A DNA stretch of 64,000 bases from Eledone cirrhosa. Lineage: Eukaryota. This document shows positions 1 through 14,800 of this stretch, one piece after another. Positions within the stretch are counted from its first letter, which is position 1; every line of letters begins with the position of its first letter. The stretch lies in assembly GCA_964016885.1 (NCBI GenBank), contig OZ024747.1:33356001-33420000 (forward strand). The letters are read 5' to 3'. The position numbers and the translations under genes were made by a program. The notes under the pieces are model-generated. The model worked only from the letters and a program-made list of their open reading frames with translations, had not been told where the DNA came from and made no database searches.

Positions 1-259
1 AACAATACATGTAACAACAATAACAGAAATAACACTAGTAACGTTAACAACAATACATGTAACAACCATAACAGAAATAACACTAACTACGTTAACAACA
101 ATACATGTAACGACCATAACAGAAATAACACTAACAACATTAACAACAATACATGTAACAACCATAACAGAATAACACTAGCAACGTTAACAACAATACA
201 AGTAACAACCATAACAGAAATAACACTAGCAACGTTAACAACAATACATGTAACAAACA

Positions 260-3200
260 TAACAGAAATAACACTAGTAACATTAGCAACAATACATGTA
301 ACAACCTTAATAGAAATAACTCTAGCAACGTTAACAACAATATAGGTAACAACCATAACAGAAATAACACTAGCAACGTTAACAACAATACATGTAACAA
401 CCATAACAGAAATAACATGGGCAACGTTAACAACAATACATGTAACATCCATAACAGAAATAACACTAGTAACGTTAACAACAATACATGTAACAACGAT
501 AACAGAAATAACACTAGTAACGTTAGCAACGATACATGTCACAACCATAACAGAAATAACACTAACAACGTTAACAACAATACATGTAACAACCATAACA
601 GAAATAATACTAACACCGTTAACAACAACTATAACAGAAATAACACTCACAACGGTAACAACAACACGTGTAACAACCATAACAGAAATAACACTAGTAA
701 CGTTAACAACAATACATGTAACAACCATAACAGAAATAACACTAACAACGTTAACAACAATACATGTAACAACCATAACAGAAATAACATTAACAACGTT
801 AACAACAATACATGTAACAACCATAACAGAAATAACACTAACAACGTTAACAACAATACATGTAACAACCATAACAGAAATAACACTAACAACGTTAACA
901 ACAATACATGTAACAACCATAACAGAAATAACACTAACAACGTTAACAACAATACATGTATCAACCATAACGGAAATAACATTAACAACGTTAACAACAA
1001 TACATGTAACAACCATAACAGAAATAACACTAACAACGTTAACAACAATACATGTAACAACCATAACAGAAATAACACTAACAACGTTAACAACAATACA
1101 TGTAACAACCATAACAGAAATAACACTAACAACGTTAACAACAATACATGTAACAACCATAACAGAAATAACACTAACAACGTTAACAACAATACATGTA
1201 ACATCCATAACAGAAATAACACTAACAACGTTAACAACAACACATGTAACAACCAGAACAGAAATAACACTAACAACGTTAACAACAATACATGTAACAA
1301 CCATAACAGAAATAACATTAACAACGTTAACAACAATACATCTAACACCCATAACAGAAATAACACTAACAACGTTAACAACAATACATGTAACAACCAT
1401 AACAGAAATAACACTAACAACGTTAACAACAATACATGTAACAACCATAACAGAAATAACACTAACAACGTTAACAACAATACATGTAACAACCATAACA
1501 GAAATAACACTAACAACGTTAACAACAATACATGTAACAACCATATCAGAAATAACACTAACAACGTTACAAACAACTATAACAGAAATAACACTCACAA
1601 CGGTAACAACAATACATGTAACAACCATAACAGAAATAACACTAGTAACGTTAACAACAATACGTGTAACAACCATAACAGAAATAACACTAACAGCGTT
1701 AACAACAATACATGTAACAACAATAACAGAAATAACACTAGTAACGTTAACAACAATACATGTAACAACCATAAAAGAATTAACACTAACAACGTTAACA
1801 ACAATACAAGTAACAACCATAACAGAAATAACACTAACAACGTTAACAACAACCATAAAAGAAATAACACTAACAACGTTAACAACAATACATGTAACAA
1901 CCATAACAGAAATAACATTAACAACATTAACAACAATACATGTAACAACCATAACAGAAATAACACTAACAACGTAAACAACAATACATGTAACAACCAT
2001 AAGAGAAATAACACTAACAACATTAACAACAATACATGTAACAACCATAACAGCAATAACACTAACAACGTTAACAACAACTATAACATAAATAACTCTC
2101 ACAACGGTAACAACAATACATGTAACAACCATAAAAGAAATAACACTAGCAACGTTAACAACAATACATGTAACAGCCATAACAGAAATAACACTAGCAA
2201 CGTTAACAACAATACATGTAACAACCATAACAGAAATAACACTAGTAACGTTTACAACAATACATGTAACAACCATAACAGAAATAACACTAACAACGTT
2301 AACAACAATACATGTAACAACCATAACAGAAATAACACTAACAACGTTAACAATAATACATGTAACAGCTATAACAGAAATAACTCTAACAACGTTAACA
2401 ACAATACATGTAACAACCATAACCGAAATAACACTAACAACGTTAACAACAACCATAACAGAAATAACACTCACAACGGTAACAACAATACATGTAACAA
2501 CCATAACAGAAATAACACTAGTAACGTTAACAACAATACATGTAACAACAATAACAGAAATAACACTAGTAACGTTAACAACAATACATGTAACAACCAT
2601 AACAGAAATAACACTAGTAACATTAGCAACAATACATGTAACAACCTTAATAGAAATAACTCTAGCAACGTTAACAACAATATAGGTAACAACCATAACA
2701 GAAATAACACTAGCAACGTTAACAACAATACATGTAACAACCATAACAGAAATAACATGGGCAACGTTAACAACAATACATGTAACATCCATAACAGAAA
2801 TAACACTAGTAACGTTAACAACAATACATGTAACAACGATAACAGAAATAACACTAGTAACGTTAGCAACGATACATGTCACAACCATAACAGAAATAAC
2901 ACTAACAACGTTAACAACAATACATGTAACAACCATAACAGAAATAATACTAACACCGTTAACAACAACTATAACAGAAATAACACTCACAACGGTAACA
3001 ACAACACGTGTAACAACCATAACAGAAATAACACTAGTAACGTTAACAACAATACATGTAACAACCATAACAGAAATAACACTAACAACGTTAACAACAA
3101 TACATGTAACAACCATAACAGAAACAACATTAACAACGTTAACAACAATACATGTAACAACCATAACAGAAATAACACTAACAACGTTAACAACAATACA

Positions 3201-4192
3201 TGTAACAACCATAACAGAAATAACACTAACAACGTTAACAACAATACATGTAACAACCATAACAGAAATAACACTAACAACGTTAACAACAATACATGTA
3301 ACAACCATAACGGAAATAACATTAACAACGTTAACAACAATACATGTAACAACCATAACAGAAATAACACTAACAACGTTAACAACAATACATGTAACAA
3401 CCATAACAGAAATAACACTAACAACGTTAACAACAATACATGTAACAACCATAACAGAAATAACACTAACAACGTTAACAACAATACATGTAACAACCAT
3501 AACAGAAATAACACTAACAACGTTAACAACAATACATGTAACATCCATAACAGAAATAACACTAACAACGTTAACAACAACACATGTAACAACCAGAACA
3601 GAAATAACACTAACAACGTTAACAACAATACATGTAACAACCATAACAGAAATAACATTAACAACGTTAACAACAATACATCTAACACCCATAACAGAAA
3701 TAACACTAACAACGTTAACAACAATACATGTAACAACCATAACAGAAATAACACTAACAACGTTAACAACAATACATGTAACAACCATAACAGAAATAAC
3801 ACTAACAACGTTAACAACAATACATGTAACAACCATAACAGAAATAACACTAACAACGTTAACAACAATACATGTAACAACCATATCAGAAATAACACTA
3901 ACAACGTTACAAACAACTATAACAGAAATAACACTCACAACGGTAACAACAATACATGTAACAACCATAACAGAAATAACACTAGTAACGTTAACAACAA
4001 TACGTGTAACAACCATAACAGAAATAACACTAACAGCGTTAACAACAATACATGTAACAACAATAACAGAAATAACACTAGTAACGTTAACAACAATACA
4101 TGTAACAACCATAAAAGAATTAACACTAACAACGTTAACAACAATACAAGTAACAACCATAACAGAAATAACACTAACAACGTTAACAACAA
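260..4192 (+). repeat. Higher-order duplication with a 2340-bp period (about 260-1852 copied at about 2600-4192)
   Basis: The same ordered variants occur at +2340: ATGGGC 417/2757, CATCTAACACCC 1339/3679, and TATAGG, CCAGAAC, CCATATCAG, TTACAAAC. 2340 = 45x48 + 5x36, and five 36-mers are countable. Private differences are at 785/3125 and 961/3301. Confidence 0.92.
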
Positions 4193-5829
4193 TACATGTA
4201 ACAACCATAACAGAAATACCATTAACAACATTAACAACAATACATGTAACAACCATAACAGAAATAACACTAACAACGTAAACAACAATACATGTAACAA
4301 CCATAAGAGAAATAACACTAACAACATTAACAACAATACATGTAACAACCATAACAGAAATAACACTAACAACGTTAACAACAACTATAACAGAAATAAC
4401 ACTCACAACGGTAACAACAATACGTGTAACAACCATAACAGAAATAACACTAACAGCGTTAACAACAATACATGTAACAACAATAACAGAAATAACACTA
4501 GTAACGTTAACAACAATACATGTAACAACCATAAAAGAAATAACACTAACAACGTTAACAACAATACAAGTAACAACCATAACAGAAATAACACTAACAT
4601 CGTTAACAACAACCATAAAAGAAATAACACTAACAACGTTAACAACAATACATGTAACAACCATAACAGAAATAACATTAACAACATTAACAACAATACA
4701 TGTAAAAACCATAACAGAAATAACACTAACAACGTAAACAACAATACATGTAACAACCATAAGAGAAATAACACTAACAACATTAACAACAATACATGTA
4801 ACAACCATAACAGAAATAACACTAACAACGTTAACAACAATACATGTAACAACCATAACAGAAATAACACTAACAACGTTAACAACAACCATAACAGAAA
4901 TAACACTCACAACGGTAACAACAATACATGTAACAACCATAACAGAAATAACACTAACAACGTTAACAACAATACATGTAACAACAATAACAGAAATAAC
5001 ACTAGTAACGTTAACAACAATACATGTAACAACCATAACAGAAATAACACTAACTACGTTAAGAACAATACATGTAACGACCATAACAGAAATAAAACTA
5101 ACAACGTTAACAACAATACATGTAACAACCATAACAGAAATAACACTAGCAACGTTAACAACAATACATGTAACAACCATAACAGAATAACACTAACAAC
5201 GTTAACAACAATACATGTAACAACCATAACAGAAATAACATTAACAACGTTAACAACAATACATGTAACAACCATAACAGAAATAACACTAACAACGTTA
5301 ACAACAATACATGTAACAACCATAACAGAAATAACACTAGTAACGTTAAAAACAATACATGTAACAACCATAACATAAATAACACTAACAACGTTAACAA
5401 CAATACATGTAACAACCATAACAGAAATAACACTAACGACGTTAACAACAATACATATAACAACCATAACAGAAATAACACTATCAACGTTAACAACAAC
5501 TATAACAGAAATAACACTCACAACGGTAACAACAATACATGTAACAACAATAACAGAAATAACACTAGTAACGTTAACAACAATACGTGTAACAACCATA
5601 ACAGAAATAACACTAACAACGTTAACAACAATACATGTAACAACCATAACAGAAATAAGACTAACAACGTTAACAACAACCATAACAGAAATAACACTAT
5701 CAACGTTAACAACAACTATAACGGAAATAACACTCACAACGGTAACAACAATACATGTAACAACAATAACAGAAATAACACTAGTAACGTTAACAACAAT
5801 ACATGTAACAACCATAACAGAAATAACAC

Positions 5830-8800
5830 TAACAACGTTAACAACAATACATGTAACAACCATAACAGACATAACAGTAACAAAATTAACAACAATACAT
5901 GTAACAACCATAACAGAAATAACACTAACAACGTTAACAACAATACATGTAACAACCATAACAGAAATAACACTAACAACGGTAACAACAATACATGTAA
6001 CAACCATAACAGAAATAACACTAGTAACGTTAACAACAATACATGTAACAACCATAACAAAAATAACACTAACAACGTTAACAACAATACATGTAAAAAC
6101 AATAACAGAAATAACACTAGTAACGTTAACAACAATACATGTAACAACCATAACAGAAATAACACTAACTACGTTAACAACAATACATGTAACGACCATA
6201 ACAGAAATAACACTAACAACGTTAACAACAATACATGTAACAACCATAACATAAATAACACTAGCAACGTTAGCAACAATACATGTAACAACCATAACAG
6301 AAATAACACTAGTAACGTTAGCAACAATACATGTCACAACCATAACAGCAATAACACTAACAACGTTAACAACAACTATAACAGAAATAACACTCACAAC
6401 GGTAACAACAATACATGTAACAACCATAAAAGAAATAACACTAGCAACGTTAACAACAATACATGTAACAGCCATAACAGAAATAACACTAGCAACGTTA
6501 ACAACAATACATGTAACAACCATAACAGAAATAACACTAGTAACGTTTACAACAATACATGTAACAACCATAACAGAAATAACACTAACAACGTTAACAA
6601 CAATACATGTAACAACCATAACAGAAATAACACTAACAACGTTAACAATAATACATGTAACAGCTATAACATAAATAACTCTAACAACGTTAACAACAAT
6701 ACATGTAACAACCATAACCGAAATAACACTAACAACGTTAACAACAACCATAACAGAAATAACACTCACAACGGTAACAACAATACATGTAACAACCATA
6801 ACAGAAATAACACTAGTAACGTTAACAACAATACATGTAACAACAATAACAGAAATAACACTAGTAACGTTAACAACAATACATGTAACAACCATAACAG
6901 AAATAACACTAACTACGTTAACAACAATACATGTAACGACCATAACAGAAATAACACTAACAACATTAACAACAATACATGTAACAACCATAACAGAAAT
7001 AACACTTACAACGTTAACAACAATACATGTAACAACCATAACAGAATAACACTAGCAACGTTAACAACAATACAAGTAACAACCATAACAGAAATAACAC
7101 TAGCAACGTTAACAACAATACATGTAACAAACATAACAGAAATAACACTAGTAACATTAGCAACAATACATGTAACAACCTTAATAGAAATAACTCTAGC
7201 AACGTTAACAACAATATAGGTAACAACCATAACAGAAATAACACTAGCAACGTTAACAACAATACATGTAACAACCATAACAGAAATAACATAGGCAACG
7301 TTAACAACAATACATGTAACATCCATAACAGAAATAACACTAGTAACGTTAACAACAATACATGTAACAACGATAACAGAAATAACACTAGTAACGTTAG
7401 CAACGATACATGTCACAACCATAACAGAAATAACACTAACAACGTTAACAACAATACATGTAACAACCATATCAGAAATAACACTAACAACGTTACAAAC
7501 AACTATAACAGAAATAACACTCACAACGGTAACAACAACACGTGTAACAACCATAACAGAAATAACACTAGTAACGTTAACAACAATACATGTAACAACC
7601 ATAACAGAAATAACACTAACAACGTTAACAACAATACATGTAACAACCATAACAGAAATAACATTAACAACGTTAACAACAATACATGTAACAACCATAA
7701 CAGAAATAACACTAACAACGTTAACGACAATACATGTAACAACCATAACAGAAATAACACTAACAACGTTAACAACAATACATGTAACAACCATAACAGA
7801 AATAACACTAACAACGTTAACAACAATACACGTAACAACCATAACGGAAATAACATTAACAACGTTAACAACAATACATGTAACAACCATAACAGAAATA
7901 ACACTAACAACGTTAACAACAATACATGTAACAACCATAACAGAAATAACACTAACAACGTTAACAACAATACATGTAACAACCATAACAGAAATAACAC
8001 TAACAACGTTAACAACAATACATGTAACAACCATAACAGAAATAACACTAACAACGTTAACAACAATACATGTAACATCCATAACAGAAATAACACTAAC
8101 AACGTTAACAACAACACATGTAACAACCAGAACAGAAATAACACTAACAACGTTAACAACAATACATGTAACAACCATAACAGAAATAACATTAACAACG
8201 TTAACAACAATACATCTAACACCCATAACAGAAATAACACTAACAACGTTAACAACAATACATGTAACAACCATAACAGAAATAACACTAACAACGTTAA
8301 CAACAATACATGTAACAACCATAACAGAAATAACACTAACAACGTTAACAACAATACATGTAACAACCATATCAGAAATAACACTAACAACGTTACAAAC
8401 AACTATAACAGAAATAACACTCACAACGGTAACAACAATACATGTAACAACCATAACAGAAATAACACTAGTAACGTTAACAACAATACGTGTAACAACC
8501 ATAACAGAAATAACACTAACAGCGTTAACAACAATACATGTAACAACAATAACAGAAATAACACTAGTAACGTTAACAACAATACATGTAACAACCATAA
8601 AAGAATTAACACTAACAACGTTAACAACAATACAAGTAACAACCATAACAGAAATAACACTAACAACGTTAACAACAACCATAAAAGAAATAACACTAAC
8701 AACGTTAACAACAATACATGTAACAACTATAACAGAAATAACATTAACAACATTAACAACAATACATGTAACAACCATAACAGAAATAACACTAACAACG

Positions 8801-11800
8801 TAAACAACAATACATGTAACAACCATAAGAGAAATAACACTAACAACATTAACAACAATACATGTAACAACCATAACAGAAATAACACTAACAACGTTAA
8901 CAACAATACATGTAACAGCCATAACAGAAATAACTCTAACAACCTAAACAACAATACATGTAACAACCATAACAGAAATAACACTAACAACGTTAACAAC
9001 AACCATAACAGAAATAACACTCACAACGGTAACAACAATACATGTAACAACCATAACAGAAATAACACTAACAACGTTAACAACAATACATGTAACAACC
9101 ATAACAGAAATAACACTAACAACGTTAACAACAATACATGTAACATCCATAACAGAAATAACACTAACAACGTTAACAACAACACATGTAACAACCAGAA
9201 CAGAAATAACACTAACAACGTTAACAACAATACATGTAACAACCATAACAGAAATAACATTAACAACGTTAACAACAATACATCTAACACCCATAACAGA
9301 AATAACACTAACAACGTTAACAACAATACATGTAACAACCATAACAGAAATAACACTAACAACGTTAACAACAATACATGTAACAACCATAACAGAAATA
9401 ACACTAACAACGTTAACAACAATACATGTAACAACCATAACAGAAATAACACTAACAACGTTAACAACAATACATGTAACAACCATATCAGAAATAACAC
9501 TAACAACGTTACAAACAACTATAACAGAAATAACACTCACAACGGTAACAACAATACATGTAACAACCATAACAGAAATAACACTAGTAACGTTAACAAC
9601 AATACGTGTAACAACCATAACAGAAATAACACTAACAGCGTTAACAACAATACATGTAACAACAATAACAGAAATAACACTAGTAACGTTAACAACAATA
9701 CATGTAACAACCATAAAAGAATTAACACTAACAACGTTAACAACAATACAAGTAACAACCATAACAGAAATAACACTAACAACGTTAACAACAACCATAA
9801 AAGAAATAACACTAACAACGTTAACAACAATACATGTAACAACCATAACAGAAATAACATTAACAACATTAACAACAATACATGTAACAACCATAACAGA
9901 AATAACACTAACAACGTAAACAACAATACATGTAACAACCATAAGAGAAATAACACTAACAACATTAACAACAATACATGTAACAACCATAACAGAAATA
10001 ACACTAACAACGTTAACAACAATACATGTAACAGCCATAACAGAAATAACTTTAACAACGTAAACAACAATACATGTAACAACCATAACAGAAATAACAC
10101 TAACAACGTTAACAACAACCATAACAGAAATAACACTCACAACGGTAACAACAATACATGTAACAACCATAACAGAAATAACACTAACAACGTTAACAAC
10201 AATACATGTAACAACCATAACAGACATAACAGTAACAAAATTAACAACAATACATGTAACAACCATAACAGAAATAACACTAACAACGTTAACAACAATA
10301 CATGTAACAACCATAACAGAAATAACACTAACAACGGTAACAACAATACATGTAACAACCATAACAGAAATAACACTAGTAACGTTAACAACAATACATG
10401 TAACAACCATAACAAAAATAACACTAACAACGTTAACAACAATACATGTAAAAACAATAACAGAAATAACACTAGTAACGTTAACAACAATACATGTAAC
10501 AACCATAACAGAAATAACACTAACTACGTTAACAACAATACATGTAACGACCATAACAGAAATAACACTAACAACGTTAACAACAATACATGTAACAACC
10601 ATAACATAAATAACACTAGCAACGTTAGCAACAATACATGTAACAACCATAACAGAAATAACACTAGTAACGTTAGCAACAATACATGTCACAACCATAA
10701 CAGCAATAACACTAACAACGTTAACAACAACTATAACAGAAATAACACTCACAACGGTAACAACAATACATGTAACAACCATAAAAGAAATAACACTAGC
10801 AACGTTAACAACAATACATGTAACAGCCATAACAGAAATAACACTAGCAACGTTAACAACAATATATGTAACAACCATAACAGAAATAACACTAGTAACG
10901 TTTACAACAATACATGTAACAACCATAACAGAAATAACACTAACAACGTTAACAACAATACATGTAACAACCATAACAGAAATAACACTAACAACGTTAA
11001 CAATAATACATGTAACAGCTATAACATAAATAACTCTAACAACGTTAACAACAATACATGTAACAACCATAACCGAAATAACACTAACAACGTTAACAAC
11101 AACCATAACAGAAATAACACTCACAACGGTAACAACAATACATGTAACAACCATAACAGAAATAACACTAGTAACGTTAACAACAATACATGTAACAACA
11201 ATAACAGAAATAACACTAGTAACGTTAACAACAATACATGTAACAACCATAACAGAAATAACACTAACTACGTTAACAACAATACATGTAACGACCATAA
11301 CAGAAATAACACTAACAACATTAACAACAATACATGTAACAACCATAACAGAAATAACACTTACAACGTTAACAACAATACATGTAACAACCATAACAGA
11401 ATAACACTAACAACGTTAACAACAATACATGTAACAACCATAACAGAAATAACATTAACAACGTTAACAACAATACATGTAACAACCATAACAGAAATAA
11501 CACTAACAACGTTAACGACAATACATGTAACAACCATAACAGAAATAACACTAACAACGTTAACAACAATACATGTAACAACCATAACAGAAATAACACT
11601 AACAACGTTAACAACAATACACGTAACAACCATAACGGAAATAACATTAACAACGTTAACAACAATACATGTAACAACCATAACAGAAATAACACTAACA
11701 ACGTTAACAACAATACATGTAACAACCATAACAGAAATAACACTAACAACGTTAACAACAATACATGTAACAACCATAACAGAAATAACACTAACAACGT

Positions 11801-14800
11801 TAACAACAATACATGTAACAACCATAACAGAAATAACACTAACAACGTTAACAACAATACATGTAACATCCATAACAGAAATAACACTAACAACGTTAAC
11901 AACAACACATGTAACAACCAGAACAGAAATAACACTAACAACGTTAACAACAATACATGTAACAACCATAACAGAAATAACATTAACAACGTTAACAACA
12001 ATACATCTAACACCCATAACAGAAATAACACTAACAACGTTAACAACAATACATGTAACAACCATAACAGAAATAACACTAACAACGTTAACAACAATAC
12101 ATGTAACAACCATAACAGAAATAACACTAACAACGTTAACAACAATACATGTAACAACCATAACAGAAATAACACTAACAACGTTAACAACAATACATGT
12201 AACAACCATATCAGAAATAACACTAACAACGTTACAAACAACTATAACAGAAATAACACTCACAACGGTAACAACAATACATGTAACAACCATAACAGAA
12301 ATAACACTAGTAACGTTAACAACAATACGTGTAACAACCATAACAGAAATAACACTAACAGCGTTAACAACAATACATGTAACAACAATAACAGAAATAA
12401 CACTAGTAACGTTAACAACAATACATGTAACAACCATAAAAGAATTAACACTAACAACGTTAACAACAATACAAGTAACAACCATAACAGAAATAACACT
12501 AACAACGTTAACAACAACCATAAAAGAAATAACACTAACAACGTTAACAACAATACATGTAACAACTATAACAGAAATAACATTAACAACATTAACAACA
12601 ATACATGTAACAACCATAACAGAAATAACACTAACAACGTAAACAACAATACATGTAACAACCATAAGAGAAATAACACTAACAACATTAACAACAATAC
12701 ATGTAACAACCATAACAGAAATAACACTAACAACGTTAACAACAATACATGTAACAGCCATAACAGAAATAACTCTAACAACCTAAACAACAATACATGT
12801 AACAACCATAACAGAAATAACACTAACAACGTTAACAACAACCATAACAGAAATAACACTCACAACGGTAACAACAATACATGTAACAACCATAACAGAA
12901 ATAACACTAACAACGTTAACAACAATACATGTAACAACCATAACAGAAATAACACTAACAACGTTAACAACAATACATGTAACATCCATAACAGAAATAA
13001 CACTAACAACGTTAACAACAACACATGTAACAACCAGAACAGAAATAACACTAACAACGTTAACAACAATACATGTAACAACCATAACAGAAATAACATT
13101 AACAACGTTAACAACAATACATCTAACACCCATAACAGAAATAACACTAACAACGTTAACAACAATACATGTAACAACCATAACAGAAATAACACTAACA
13201 ACGCTAACAACAATACATGTAACAACCATAACAGAAATAACACTAACAACGTTAACAACAATACATGTAACAACCATAACAGAAATAACACTAACAACGT
13301 TAACAACAATACATGTAACAACCATATCAGAAATAACACTAACAACGTTACAAACAACTATAACAGAAATAACACTCACAACGGTAACAACAATACATGT
13401 AACAACCATAACAGAAATAACACTAGTAACGTTAACAACAATACGTGTAACAACCATAACAGAAATAACACTAACAGCGTTAACAACAATACATGTAACA
13501 ACAATAACAGAAATAACACTAGTAACGTTAACAACAATACATGTAACAACCATAAAAGAATTAACACTAACAACGTTAACAACAATACAAGTAACAACCA
13601 TAACAGAAATAACACTAACAACGTTAACAACAACCATAAAAGAAATAACACTAACAACGTTAACAACAATACATGTAACAACCATAACAGAAATAACATT
13701 AACAACATTAACAACAATACATGTAACAACCATAACAGAAATAACACTAACAACGTAAACAACAATACATGTAACAACCATAAGAGAAATAACACTAACA
13801 ACATTAACAACAATACATGTAACAACCATAACAGAAATAACACTAACAACGTTAACAACAATACATGTAACAGCCATAACAGAAATAACTCTAACAACGT
13901 AAACAACAATACATGTAACAACCATAACAGAAATAACACTAACAACGTTAACAACAACCATAACAGAAATAACACTCACAACGGTAACAACAATACATGT
14001 AACAACCATAACAGAAATAACACTAACAACGTTAACAACAATACATGTAACAACCATAACAGACATAACAGTAACAAAATTAACAACAATACATGTAACA
14101 ACCATAACAGAAATAACACTAACAACGTTAACAACAATACATGTAACAACCATAACAGAAATAACACTAACAACGGTAACAACAATACATGTAACAACCA
14201 TAACAGAAATAACACTAGTAACGTTAACAACAATACATGTAACAACCATAACAAAAATAACACTAACAACGTTAACAACAATACATGTAAAAACAATAAC
14301 AGAAATAACACTAGTAACGTTAACAACAATACATGTAACAACCATAACAGAAATAACACTAACTACGTTAACAACAATACATGTAACGACCATAACAGAA
14401 ATAACACTAACAACGTTAACAACAATACATGTAACAACCATAACATAAATAACACTAGCAACGTTAGCAACAATACATGTAACAACCATAACAGAAATAA
14501 CACTAGTAACGTTAGCAACAATACATGTCACAACCATAACAGCAATAACACTAACAACGTTAACAACAACTATAACAGAAATAACACTCACAACGGTAAC
14601 AACAATACATGTAACAACCATAAAAGAAATAACACTAGCAACGTTAACAACAATACATGTAACAGCCATAACAGAAATAACACTAGCAACGTTAACAACA
14701 ATACATGTAACAACCATAACAGAAATAACACTAGTAACGTTTACAACAATACATGTAACAACCATAACAGAAATAACACTAACAACGTTAACAACAATAC

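Noticed and set aside
5-14. p53 response elements at ACATGT
   Set aside because: The context ATACATGTAA does not fit RRRCWWGYYY in its flanks, and half-sites are 48 bp apart.
87-5180. 1697-aa Val-rich and many Leu-rich minus-strand ORFs resembling membrane proteins
   Set aside because: They are pure antisense translations of the repeat. Their boundaries coincide with indel or stop variants and they overlap equally long ORFs in other frames.
417-5378. 1653-aa Asn-rich ORF and the other + strand ORFs starting MGNVNNNT
   Set aside because: The start is a chance ATGGGC monomer variant. There is no unique domain or signal peptide, the ORF shifts into the Thr frame at a 47-bp monomer, and the frame carries amplified TGA variants elsewhere.
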